Source of the DNA: Geotalea uraniireducens Rf4
Lineage (GTDB): Bacteria > Desulfobacterota > Desulfuromonadia > Geobacterales > Geobacteraceae
Reading direction: 5' to 3'
DNA: 32,000 nt
Assembly: GCF_000016745.1 (NCBI RefSeq)
Contig: NC_009483.1
Span: forward strand, 1,830,001 to 1,862,000
The number at the start of each line of letters is the position of its first letter. Position 1 is the stretch's first letter. Of the stretch, positions 23,707-31,696 are shown piece by piece. Made by a program: the position numbers and the translations under genes. The notes beneath the pieces are model-generated. The model saw only the letters and a program-made list of their open reading frames with translations. It was not told the DNA's origin and searched no databases.

Positions 23707-25485
23707 ATGGCAGCAAAAATTTTCAAAGGCGCCGAGTACCTGATAACGGAAGTGTTGAAGGATGAAGTCTTCACACCGGAGGATTTTACCGACGAACAGA
23801 AGCAGATAGCAGAAACAACCGAGCAGTTTGTCGTCAAGGAAGTTGCGCCCCACCGGGAAGAGATCGAGCACCAAAACTTCGACCTGGTGGTTGAGCTCAT
23901 GCAAAAGTGCGGCGAGCTGGGTCTACTGATGATCGACGCGCCGGAAGAGTACGGCGGACTCGAATTGGACAAAGCAACCAGCATGCTGGCGGCCGAAAAA
24001 ATCTCCTCAGCCGGCTCCTTTTCCGTTGCCTATTCGGCCCATACCGGTATCGGCACGCTGCCGCTTGTCTATTACGGGACAACGGAACAGAAGGAGAAAT
24101 ATCTCGGCAAGATAATCAGCGGCGAGTGGGTTGCCGCCTACTGCCTGACGGAGCCCGATTCGGGGAGTGACGCCCTGGGGGCCAAGACCACCGCCACCCT
24201 CTCTGCGGACGGAAAATATTACCTCCTGAACGGCACCAAGCAGTTCATCACCAATGGCAGCTTCGCCAACCTCTACACCATTTTCGCCAAGATCGACAAG
24301 GAGCATTTCACCGCCTTTCTCGTCGAGCGGACCACCGAAGGTCTGTCCGTCGGAGCCGAGGAGCAGAAGCTCGGGATCAAAGGCTCTTCGACCACCCAGA
24401 TCATCCTGGAAAATGCCAAGGTGCCGGTGGAAAATGTGCTGGGAGAAATCGGCAAGGGGCATAAGATCGCCTTCAACGTACTCAACGTGGGGCGCTTCAA
24501 GCTGGGCGCCGGGGTGACCGGCGCAGCCAAGTACGCACTGGCCGAGGGGATCAGGTACGCCAATATGCGCAAGCAGTTCGGAGTACCGATCGGTACGTTC
24601 GGCGCCATCAAGGAAAAGATCGCCAATCTGTCCGCTGCCGTTTTTGCCGCGGAATCCCTCGTCTACCGCCTGGCCGGGCTGATTGACCATAAGCTGGCAA
24701 CCATTCCCAAGGATACCTCCAATTACTACGATGTGTACCAGAAAGGTATAGAGGAGTACGCCATCGAGTGTGCCATTGCCAAGGTCTTTTGTAGCGAGGT
24801 GCTGTCCGACGTGGTGGACGAGGTCGTCCAGATCCATGGCGGCTACGGTTTCATCCAGGAGTATCCGGCGGAGGGTTTTTACCGTGATGAGAGGATCAAC
24901 CGGATCTTCGAGGGGACCAACGAGATCAACCGCCTCCTCATACCGGGAATACTGCTCGGCAGGGCAATGAAGGGGGAGATCCCGCTGCAGCGTGAAGTGA
25001 TGAAGGCCCTTGAGGCGCTGATGACCCCTTCCTTCGATGAAATCGATGACTCCGTGCCCTTTGCTGCGGAAAAGGTCCTGCTCCAGAACCTGAAAAAGGC
25101 CTTCCTCGTCCTTGCCGGTTCGGCCGTGCAGAAGTATATGGATAAAATCAAGGATGAGCAGGAGATCCTCATGGCTGTGGCAGATGTGGCCATCAATATC
25201 TTCGCCCTGGAAAGCGCCGTTCTCCGTGCCGAGAAGATCCTCGGAACGCTGAGCGACGGCAAAAAAACTTCTGTCACGGCAGCCGTAAAGGTGTTGGCCT
25301 TTGATGCCGTCGAGAAGATTTCCACGGCGGCGAAACGGGCTGCCTACTACATTGAAGAAGGGGACAATCTTACCATGGTGCTCGGCGGGATCAGAAGGTT
25401 CACCAAGTACGATGCATCAGGGCTTCTCCAGGCCAAACGGCACTTGGCTGATGTTGCTCTTGAAGCGGAAAAATATATATTTTAA
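23707..25485 (+). CDS. fadE: Long acyl-CoA dehydrogenase with C-terminal extension (Bacillus FadE/YusJ-like)
   Basis: 592 aa from ATG 23707, with GAGGTGA upstream. ACAD contexts are AAYCLTEPDSGSDA, NGTKQFITNG, QIHGGYGFIQEYPAEGFYRDERINRIFEGTNEI, plus a helical extension of about 180 aa. Confidence 0.9.
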   Translation: MAAKIFKGAEYLITEVLKDEVFTPEDFTDEQKQIAETTEQFVVKEVAPHREEIEHQNFDLVVELMQKCGELGLLMIDAPEEYGGLELDKATSMLAAEKISSAGSFSVAYSAHTGIGTLPLVYYGTTEQKEKYLGKIISGEWVAAYCLTEPDSGSDALGAKTTATLSADGKYYLLNGTKQFITNGSFANLYTIFAKIDKEHFTAFLVERTTEGLSVGAEEQKLGIKGSSTTQIILENAKVPVENVLGEIGKGHKIAFNVLNVGRFKLGAGVTGAAKYALAEGIRYANMRKQFGVPIGTFGAIKEKIANLSAAVFAAESLVYRLAGLIDHKLATIPKDTSNYYDVYQKGIEEYAIECAIAKVFCSEVLSDVVDEVVQIHGGYGFIQEYPAEGFYRDERINRIFEGTNEINRLLIPGILLGRAMKGEIPLQREVMKALEALMTPSFDEIDDSVPFAAEKVLLQNLKKAFLVLAGSAVQKYMDKIKDEQEILMAVADVAINIFALESAVLRAEKILGTLSDGKKTSVTAAVKVLAFDAVEKISTAAKRAAYYIEEGDNLTMVLGGIRRFTKYDASGLLQAKRHLADVALEAEKYIF

Positions 25486-25560
25486 TCAATTCGAAGATGA
25501 AACCCGTTGCAAACCGATTGCCGGCTCGCAAGATATTGCCTGCCAAGTGAGAGACGACAG

Positions 25561-26502
25561 ATGCGACAACACACGATCAACACCCCTTACATGGTAGGTG
25601 AAGCCCATTTCTACTCCACGGAACTGAATGGGGACCTGGTTCTTTTCGACACCGGTCCCTCCACTCCGGAGGCCCTTGCCTACCTGCAAACGGTCGTTGA
25701 TCTCAGGCGTCTGAAATACCTCTTTATCACCCACTGCCATGTGGACCATTACGGACTGGCCGATTTTATCGCCAAAAACAGCAGCGCCGAAGTTTTCCTC
25801 TCCCGCAAGGATGCCATCAAATTCCGGCGTCACCATGAGCGCCTGGAGCATATCAGGGAGCTTCTCCGCTCATATGGCTATGATCATGGTTTTGTCGACC
25901 GCTTGCAGGCTGTCTATACCGACAAGAAAATATTTCCCGCTTTTCCCGAGAAATACACTCTCGTCGAGGAGTCGGACGTTCCCCGCAAGCTGGGGATCGA
26001 CCATATCGGCTGTCCCGGCCATTCCCAGAGCGATCTGGTCTATTTGTGCGGCAAATACGCCGTTACCGGCGATGTCTTGCTGCGCAACATCTTTCAGGCG
26101 CCGCTTCTCGATGTCGACCTGGAGACATTCGACGGGCGGTTCCGCAACTACGACGCATACTGCGCGTCACTCCTTGAATTGCAGTCAGTGCGCGGCTGCG
26201 AGATACTTCCCGGCCATCGGCAGTATGTGGAGAGCCTGGACGAAACCATCCTTTTTTACGCCGGGAAACTGATGGAGCGGGCGGCGCAGGTGAAGAGGCT
26301 GGAGGGGGTTGCCTTGGTAAGCGATGTGATCGCGAAGCTCTTTGGCGGGGCACTCGACGACCCGTTCATCACTTACCTCAAAGTGTCGGAAATCGTATTC
26401 ATGCGAGACTTTCTCGCAGAGCCGGAGAAGTTGAAAAATTCCCTGGAGCAGATCGGCCTGTTTGATCTGGTATGCGACGTCTACGCTGCAGCAGTCGGAT
26501 AG
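25561..26502 (+). CDS. MBL-fold metallo-hydrolase
   Basis: The HxHxDH motif is ITHCHVDHYG, with downstream ligand contexts GCPGHSQSD and the HR of ILPGHRQY. The ORF-track start at 25507 is a TTG; ATG 25561 is preferred, although its SD is weak. Confidence 0.75.
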   Translation: MRQHTINTPYMVGEAHFYSTELNGDLVLFDTGPSTPEALAYLQTVVDLRRLKYLFITHCHVDHYGLADFIAKNSSAEVFLSRKDAIKFRRHHERLEHIRELLRSYGYDHGFVDRLQAVYTDKKIFPAFPEKYTLVEESDVPRKLGIDHIGCPGHSQSDLVYLCGKYAVTGDVLLRNIFQAPLLDVDLETFDGRFRNYDAYCASLLELQSVRGCEILPGHRQYVESLDETILFYAGKLMERAAQVKRLEGVALVSDVIAKLFGGALDDPFITYLKVSEIVFMRDFLAEPEKLKNSLEQIGLFDLVCDVYAAAVG

Positions 26503-26555
26503 CGGGCATGCGGGTCGGCCCCGATGATGCCAATCTGGAAATCTGGAGAAAAACA

Positions 26556-28559
26556 ATGATCGATCAACTCTTTGAACCACTCGTCATTAACGGGCTCAAC
26601 GTAAAAAACCGGATATACATGCCGGCCATGCATCTGCAGATGTGCAGAAACTTCGAGGTAACAGACCAATTGGTGGAATTCTACACGGCAAGGGCCTGCG
26701 GGGGGGCCGGGATTATCACGGTCGGTTATGCGACCGTCGATGAGCTGTCAGGCAACCCTACCAACATCGGCGCCCACCGTGACGAGTACATTCCCGGTCT
26801 GGCGCGGCTCGCCAGGGCCATCAGGGAAAACGGCGCTGCTGCCTCAGTGCAGTTGAACCATGCGGGTCGCTACAATCATTCCCTTTTTCTTGGTGGGAAA
26901 CAGCCGGTGGCTCCTTCGGCTATCCCGTCCCGGTTGACCAGAGAGACTCCCCATGCTCTCGATGCAGCGGGGATTGCGAGGATAATCGCCGGGTTTGCCC
27001 AGGCTGCCCTCAGGGTGAAGACCGCAGGCTTCGACGCCGTGGAAATCCTGGCGGGGACCGGCTATCTGATCAGCGAATTTCTCTCCGAGGTGACGAATAA
27101 GCGGATTGACGATTATGGCGGCTCCCTGGAGAACCGGATGCGCTTCGGGCTCGAAGTCCTGCGTGCGGTCCGGGAATCGGTCGGACCGGCGTTCCCCCTT
27201 GTCGTGCGCATGAACGGCAACGATTTCATGAAGGGGGGGACCGGCCGGCGGGAGCTGCAGGAGTTCGCCCGCTGTCTCGTTGCGGCGGGGACCGATGCCA
27301 TCTGCGTCAATGTGGGGTGGCACGAGGCGCTGGTGCCGCAGATAGTCACCAAGGTCCCCCGCGGTGTCTTTGCCTACCTGGCCCGGGGTGTCAAGGAGGC
27401 GGTACATGTGCCGGTCATTGCCAGCCACCGGATCAATGACCCGGCGGTGGCCCGCGACTTGATCGCGGATGGCATGTGCGACATGGTGGCCATGGGGCGT
27501 GCTCTCATAGCTGACCCCGCTCTTCCGGAGAAGACCATGCGGGGGAAGGAACGGGAAATCGTCCACTGCGTGGCCTGCGGCCAGGGGTGCTTTGACAACC
27601 TTTTCAAGATGAAACCGGTGGAGTGCCTCTGCAACCCGCGGGCGGGCCATGAGCGGGAGACCGTGATCGAGAGGGCAGCGAAGAGCCTGAAGGTGATGGT
27701 TGTGGGAGGTGGGGCCGCGGGTATGACCGCAGCGGCGGCCGCTGCCGATGCAGGCCACCAGGTGACGCTCTTCGAGCGGAGCGGGCGGCTCGGCGGGCAG
27801 CTGCATCTTGCAGGAGCTCCGCCGGGGCGGGAGGAGTTTTTGGAACTGGCGCGGGATCTGGCCTGCCAGCTGGACCTGAGAAAGGTCCGGGTGGTGCTCA
27901 ACCAGGAGGTCGACGAAGCAGTGATCGAGCGGGAACAGCCTGACGCGGTAATCCTGGCCACCGGCGGGATGCCGGTTACTCCGCCGATTCCCGGCGCAAA
28001 CCTCCCCAACGTGGTGCAGGCCTGGGATATCCTGGCCGGCAAGGTACGTACCGGCAAAAGGGTGGCCATTGTCGGTGGCGGGGCAGTGGGGGTCGAGACA
28101 GCGCTCCTCCTGGCGGAAAAGGGGACCCTTTCCGGCGAAGAGCTGAAGTTTCTCCTCGTCCATGGAGCGGAAGCTGTCGAGGATCTTGGCCGGCTGGCTG
28201 TCCGGGGGACAAAGGAAGTGATCCTCGTGGAGATGCTTGATGGACTGGGCAACAACTTTGGCAAATCCACCCGGTGGGGGATGCTGATGGACGTGGAGCG
28301 TTACGGGGTAATTGCCGGGACAGCCGTTAAGGTACTGGAAATTACCGCCGCCGGGCTCAGGGTGGAGCGGGATGGTAACGTGGAAGACATCGCCGCCGAC
28401 ACGGTTGTCCTGGCGGTCGGCACCCGGCCGTACAACCCGTTGCAGGAAATCCTGGCGAAAAGGGGCATCCCCCACAAGACGGCCGGCGATGCGCTGCAAG
28501 CAGCCATGGTGTTCGATGCGGTGCATCAGGGATTCGCGGCGGGGCGGGAGATTGTTTAA
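26556..28559 (+). CDS. fadH: 2,4-dienoyl-CoA reductase-like flavoenzyme (OYE-type FMN domain, 4Fe-4S, FAD/NAD(P) domain)
   Basis: 667 aa from ATG 26556, with GGAGA upstream. The OYE N-terminus is LNVKNRIYMPAMH...VQLNHAGR. The Fe-S motif is CVACGQGCFDNLFKMKPVECLCNP. There are two dinucleotide folds, VVGGGAAGMTAA and IVGGGAVGVETA. Confidence 0.85.
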   Translation: MIDQLFEPLVINGLNVKNRIYMPAMHLQMCRNFEVTDQLVEFYTARACGGAGIITVGYATVDELSGNPTNIGAHRDEYIPGLARLARAIRENGAAASVQLNHAGRYNHSLFLGGKQPVAPSAIPSRLTRETPHALDAAGIARIIAGFAQAALRVKTAGFDAVEILAGTGYLISEFLSEVTNKRIDDYGGSLENRMRFGLEVLRAVRESVGPAFPLVVRMNGNDFMKGGTGRRELQEFARCLVAAGTDAICVNVGWHEALVPQIVTKVPRGVFAYLARGVKEAVHVPVIASHRINDPAVARDLIADGMCDMVAMGRALIADPALPEKTMRGKEREIVHCVACGQGCFDNLFKMKPVECLCNPRAGHERETVIERAAKSLKVMVVGGGAAGMTAAAAAADAGHQVTLFERSGRLGGQLHLAGAPPGREEFLELARDLACQLDLRKVRVVLNQEVDEAVIEREQPDAVILATGGMPVTPPIPGANLPNVVQAWDILAGKVRTGKRVAIVGGGAVGVETALLLAEKGTLSGEELKFLLVHGAEAVEDLGRLAVRGTKEVILVEMLDGLGNNFGKSTRWGMLMDVERYGVIAGTAVKVLEITAAGLRVERDGNVEDIAADTVVLAVGTRPYNPLQEILAKRGIPHKTAGDALQAAMVFDAVHQGFAAGREIV

Positions 28560-28604
28560 TCAAGAGCTGATATTTGCACACTTAAAGAAAAGAGGTCTGA
28601 TGCT

Positions 28605-29162
28605 ATGCGAAAACTAGTTGTTGTGCTCCTGCTCATGCTGGCAGCAGTCAATGCCCATGCCCTCGAAGTGGCCGGAGTCCACCTGGAAACGGCGGTTATT
28701 GTCAACAATCACCCCCTGAAGCTGAACGGCTACGGCATCCGCAAAAAGTTTTTTGTCAAGGTCTATATCGGCTCCCTCTACACCGCCAAAGCGGTGGCCA
28801 AGGCCGACGAGGCGCTGAGCGAACCGGGGGACAAGCTCATCAGGATGAACTTCCTCCATAGCAAGGTGGACAAGGGGAAAATCACCGAAGCCTTCAGCGA
28901 GGGGTTTGCCGCTAATTCTCCTCAACTGGCCGGTTCCGCCGAGGTGAAGAAGTTCCTCGCCTTTTTCACCTCGGATTTCAGCAAGGGCGATACGGTTGAC
29001 CTCTCCCTGGGGAGCGATGGGAGGGTGGTTGCCGTCCATAACGGCAAGGTGCTGGGAACGATCACCTCAAAAAGGCTGGCAAAGGGGATTCTCGCCATTT
29101 ATCTGGGTGAGAAGCCGGCTGATGAAGCCCTGAAAAAGGGGATGCTCGGGAGGGAGTCCTGA
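28605..29162 (+). CDS. Secreted chalcone-isomerase-fold (CHI-like/fatty-acid-binding-protein-like) protein
   Basis: 185-aa ORF with SD AAGAGG. The Sec signal is MRKLVVVLLLMLAAVNAHA-LE. The family pattern is VAGVHLE..V.V..HPLKLNGYGIRKKFFVKVYIGSLY...IYLGEKPADEALKKGMLG. Confidence 0.7.
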   Translation: MRKLVVVLLLMLAAVNAHALEVAGVHLETAVIVNNHPLKLNGYGIRKKFFVKVYIGSLYTAKAVAKADEALSEPGDKLIRMNFLHSKVDKGKITEAFSEGFAANSPQLAGSAEVKKFLAFFTSDFSKGDTVDLSLGSDGRVVAVHNGKVLGTITSKRLAKGILAIYLGEKPADEALKKGMLGRES

Positions 29163-30076
29163 GAGCGGAATCCTGCTACATCCGGGTCAATGGCGTTGAT
29201 ACCCTGCATCTCCGGCGCCTCTATGAAGATCCGCAGGGGCCGCCCGTCTTCATGCTGCATGGCGCCATCGAAAACGGCCGGATCTTCTACTCGGACTCGG
29301 GCCGTGGACTGGCTCCCTATCTGGCCGGGCAAGGTTACGATGTCTATGTTGCCGATCTGCGGGGCCGCGGCGGAAGCACCCCGGCGATCAGCCGCATGTC
29401 GCGCTTCGGCCAGACAGAGGCCATTACCGAGGACATTCCGGCATTCGTCAACCATATCATCGAGCGCCGCGGTCTGATTCCCCAGCACTGGATAGCTCAT
29501 TCATGGGGTGGGGTGCTCCTTTCCTCCTATCTGGCGCGATTTGCCGACCATCGCGACCTGGTCCGGTCAGCCGTCTATTTCGGCAGCAAACGGATGGTGA
29601 GGGTATGGAACTTCCACCGTCTTTTGAAGGTAGACCTGGTATGGAACGGGTTGTGCCATCTGATTTCCGACCTGGCCGGCTATCTCCCTGCCCGCAGGTT
29701 GGGTATCGGCTCGGACAGCGAGACGCTCAAGTCCCATTGCCAGAGCAGCGAGTGGGTAAAGAAGGATGCCTGGGTGGATTCCGACGACGGCTTCGATTAC
29801 GGCGCCGCTATCGGGCAGGTGCAGCTGCCGCCGATCTGGTACCTGGCCGCGGAGAGGGACCACGCCCTGGGACATCCGCGCGATGTGGCGGATTTCCGGC
29901 GGTCGGCAGGAGTGCAGGAAAGCAGCTATACTGTACTCAGCCGCAGGAACGGCAACCTTCACGACTATGATCACATAAACATGCTGACCCACCCGGATGC
30001 ACCGGCAGACCATTTCCCGTTAATCGTCCACTGGCTGAAAGAGCATGAAACAGCTGCCGGTGCGGCAAGGAACTAG
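29159..30076 (+). CDS. Alpha/beta-fold serine hydrolase (esterase/lipase-like); start codon uncertain
   Basis: The first ATG (29252) falls at ..PPVF-MLHG, inside the conserved N-terminal strands. The frame is open from 29126 and encodes CYIRVNGVDTLHLRRLYEDPQGPPVF upstream. The only plausible initiator is CTG 29159, with GGAGG 5 nt upstream and overlapping the upstream TGA. The nucleophile elbow is AHSWGG, with late Asp/His contexts. Confidence 0.6.
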   Translation: MRAESCYIRVNGVDTLHLRRLYEDPQGPPVFMLHGAIENGRIFYSDSGRGLAPYLAGQGYDVYVADLRGRGGSTPAISRMSRFGQTEAITEDIPAFVNHIIERRGLIPQHWIAHSWGGVLLSSYLARFADHRDLVRSAVYFGSKRMVRVWNFHRLLKVDLVWNGLCHLISDLAGYLPARRLGIGSDSETLKSHCQSSEWVKKDAWVDSDDGFDYGAAIGQVQLPPIWYLAAERDHALGHPRDVADFRRSAGVQESSYTVLSRRNGNLHDYDHINMLTHPDAPADHFPLIVHWLKEHETAAGAARN

Positions 30077-30110
30077 CCGGCTTTAATCAGGAAACAAGGA
30101 GAAAAACGCC

Positions 30111-30896
30111 ATGAGCGCTGCCAGCACAAATGAACAGATTCAAACCGACCTGCGGGACGGTATTTTTACCATTTGCTTTAACCGACCGGAGAAGAAGAAC
30201 GCCCTGAACCTGGCCATGTATGCGGCGTTGGTTGATTCGCTGGGAGAAGCGGACCGGGATGATGCGGTACGGGTGGTTCTCCTGACCGGAAATGGGGAAT
30301 GCTTCACCAGCGGCAACGACCTGGCGGATTTCATGACCGCACCGCCCATCAGCGCGGAGAGTCCGGTCATGCAGTTTCTTGCTGCCATAAGCCGGTTCCG
30401 CAAACCGCTCGTTGCGGCGGTCATCGGCTCGGCGGTCGGTGTCGGGGTGACGATGCTTCTCCATTGTGACCTTGTTTACGCCGGAACAGGCGCTGTCCTG
30501 CAGCTGCCATTCGTTAACCTCGGGCTCTGCCCGGAAGCCGGTTCGACCCTGCTCTTTCCCCGGCTCATGGGGCACCAGCGGGCAGCGGAACTGCTCCTGC
30601 TCGGAGAACCCTTTTCAGCCGAGAAAGCCTGTTCAGTCGGCATCGTCAACGGGGTTTTCCCGGATGTGGAGGTCCTGGCTGCCGCCCGGACCAAGGCCTT
30701 ACAGCTGGCGGCCCGACCGGCCGCAGCAGTGCGCCTGGCCAAAGCGTTGCTGAAAAAGGAGTATGCGGCATCCTTGGAAGAAACCATTGCCGACGAAGGG
30801 GCTCACTTTGTCAAGCGGTTGATGTCACCGGAGGCGGGTGAAGCGCTCCGGGCCTTCATGGAGCGGCGTCAGCCCGATTTCTCGCGATTCAAGTAA
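30111..30896 (+). CDS. Crotonase-superfamily enoyl-CoA hydratase/isomerase (possibly delta3,delta2-enoyl-CoA isomerase-like)
   Basis: 261-aa ORF with SD AAGGAG. It has the crotonase fold pattern FNRPEKKNAL...VVLLTGNGECFTSGNDLADF...AAVIGSAVGVGVTM. The SGNDL motif resembles ECI2-type isomerases. Confidence 0.85.
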   Translation: MSAASTNEQIQTDLRDGIFTICFNRPEKKNALNLAMYAALVDSLGEADRDDAVRVVLLTGNGECFTSGNDLADFMTAPPISAESPVMQFLAAISRFRKPLVAAVIGSAVGVGVTMLLHCDLVYAGTGAVLQLPFVNLGLCPEAGSTLLFPRLMGHQRAAELLLLGEPFSAEKACSVGIVNGVFPDVEVLAAARTKALQLAARPAAAVRLAKALLKKEYAASLEETIADEGAHFVKRLMSPEAGEALRAFMERRQPDFSRFK

Positions 30897-30918
30897 TAAT
30901 GGACTTGGTAATTATCAA

Positions 30919-31056
30919 TATACCCCGTAGGGGCGCCAGCACGGCTTCATCGTGCTTCGCCCTTGTTCGCAACGTCACCAAAGGCGGGCGAAGCAGATAA
31001 GGCGTTTGCTTCGCCCCTACAATCAAAAACGGTATATCATGAAATTCTATGTCCCT
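30919..31056. repeat. 138-bp nested-palindrome intergenic repeat, copy B
   Basis: Gap-free alignment to 6397-6534 with 8 mismatches. The outer stem is perfect: GTAGGGGCG (30927-30935) pairs with CGCCCCTAC (31012-31020). A 13-nt partial echo, GGGGCGCCAGCAC, lies at 31077-31089. Confidence 0.9.
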
Positions 31057-31131
31057 AAGGGAATAGTAAGGCGGGCGGGGCGCCAGCACTGAGCGGGCGA
31101 TTGTTTGTTGTCTCGGGGCGCCGGCGATGAG

Positions 31132-31527
31132 CTAGCTCGAAAGGTTATAATAGTCGAGGATCTTCTGCTTATATTCTGCGATGTCTTTTTCCAGCGATTG
31201 TAATTGGGCGGTTCTCTTTCTTATGTTGTTCAGGTGAGAATCGAGGAGTTCGATCAGGCGCGGCATTATTTTCTCAGGCAGCTGTTCTCTGGTATAGAGT
31301 TCGGCCAGTTCCTTCATTTCCTGCAACGAGAGTCCCAGGGCCTTCAGCTTGAGGACGAACTTGAAACGCTTGATATCTGAATTTTCATAAACCCTGATGC
31401 CTCCTTCGGTCCTTTTCGGGGGCTCCACCAATCCCATCTGCTCGTAAAGCCTTATGGTTCTGGTTGTTATGTGCAATGCCTTGGCAAGATCGCTGATCTG
31501 CATGTATTCATCTGAGCTGAGTCTCAT
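31132..31527 (-). CDS. MerR-family transcriptional regulator (small LiuR-like type)
   Basis: 131-aa ORF with SD GAGGTGA. The N-terminal HTH reads MQISDLAKALHITTRTIRLYEQMGLVEPPKRTEGGIRVY, followed by a wing and a long coiled-coil dimerisation helix. No metal-binding Cys residues are present. Confidence 0.85.
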   Translation of the reverse strand: MRLSSDEYMQISDLAKALHITTRTIRLYEQMGLVEPPKRTEGGIRVYENSDIKRFKFVLKLKALGLSLQEMKELAELYTREQLPEKIMPRLIELLDSHLNNIRKRTAQLQSLEKDIAEYKQKILDYYNLSS

Positions 31528-31634
31528 ACTTCACCTCTATGTTAAATTAGGCTTTTATACAACACAAATTCCGAAAGCTTGTCAAGAAATTAAAAAATAT
31601 TTTATTGCATGCGACTATTTTACAAATACTTGTA

Positions 31635-31664
31635 CTTGACATGAACGTTAAGATAAAGTATAAC
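31635..31664 (+). promoter_or_regulatory. Palindromic operator plus sigma70 promoter in the MerR / Fe-S oxidoreductase divergent region
   Basis: CTTGACATGAACGTTAAG at 31635-31652. The -35 TTGACA is at 31636-31641, followed by a 17-nt spacer and the -10 TATAAC at 31659-31664. It lies 33 nt upstream of ATG 31697 and about 108 nt upstream of the MerR start. Confidence 0.6.
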
Positions 31665-31696
31665 ACAATTATGTAACTAATCTTCAGGGGTGGCCA

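Noticed and set aside
26844-28526. 560-aa minus-strand ORF, plus the 298-aa ORF at 27374-28270
   Set aside because: Both are antisense shadows of the FadH-like gene. They are low-complexity Arg/Pro/Gly-rich translations with no motifs.
29190-29477. 95-aa ORF starting at ATG 29190
   Set aside because: It is in a different frame from the alpha/beta hydrolase motifs. Its Cys/Arg/Ser-rich translation overlaps the real hydrolase frame.
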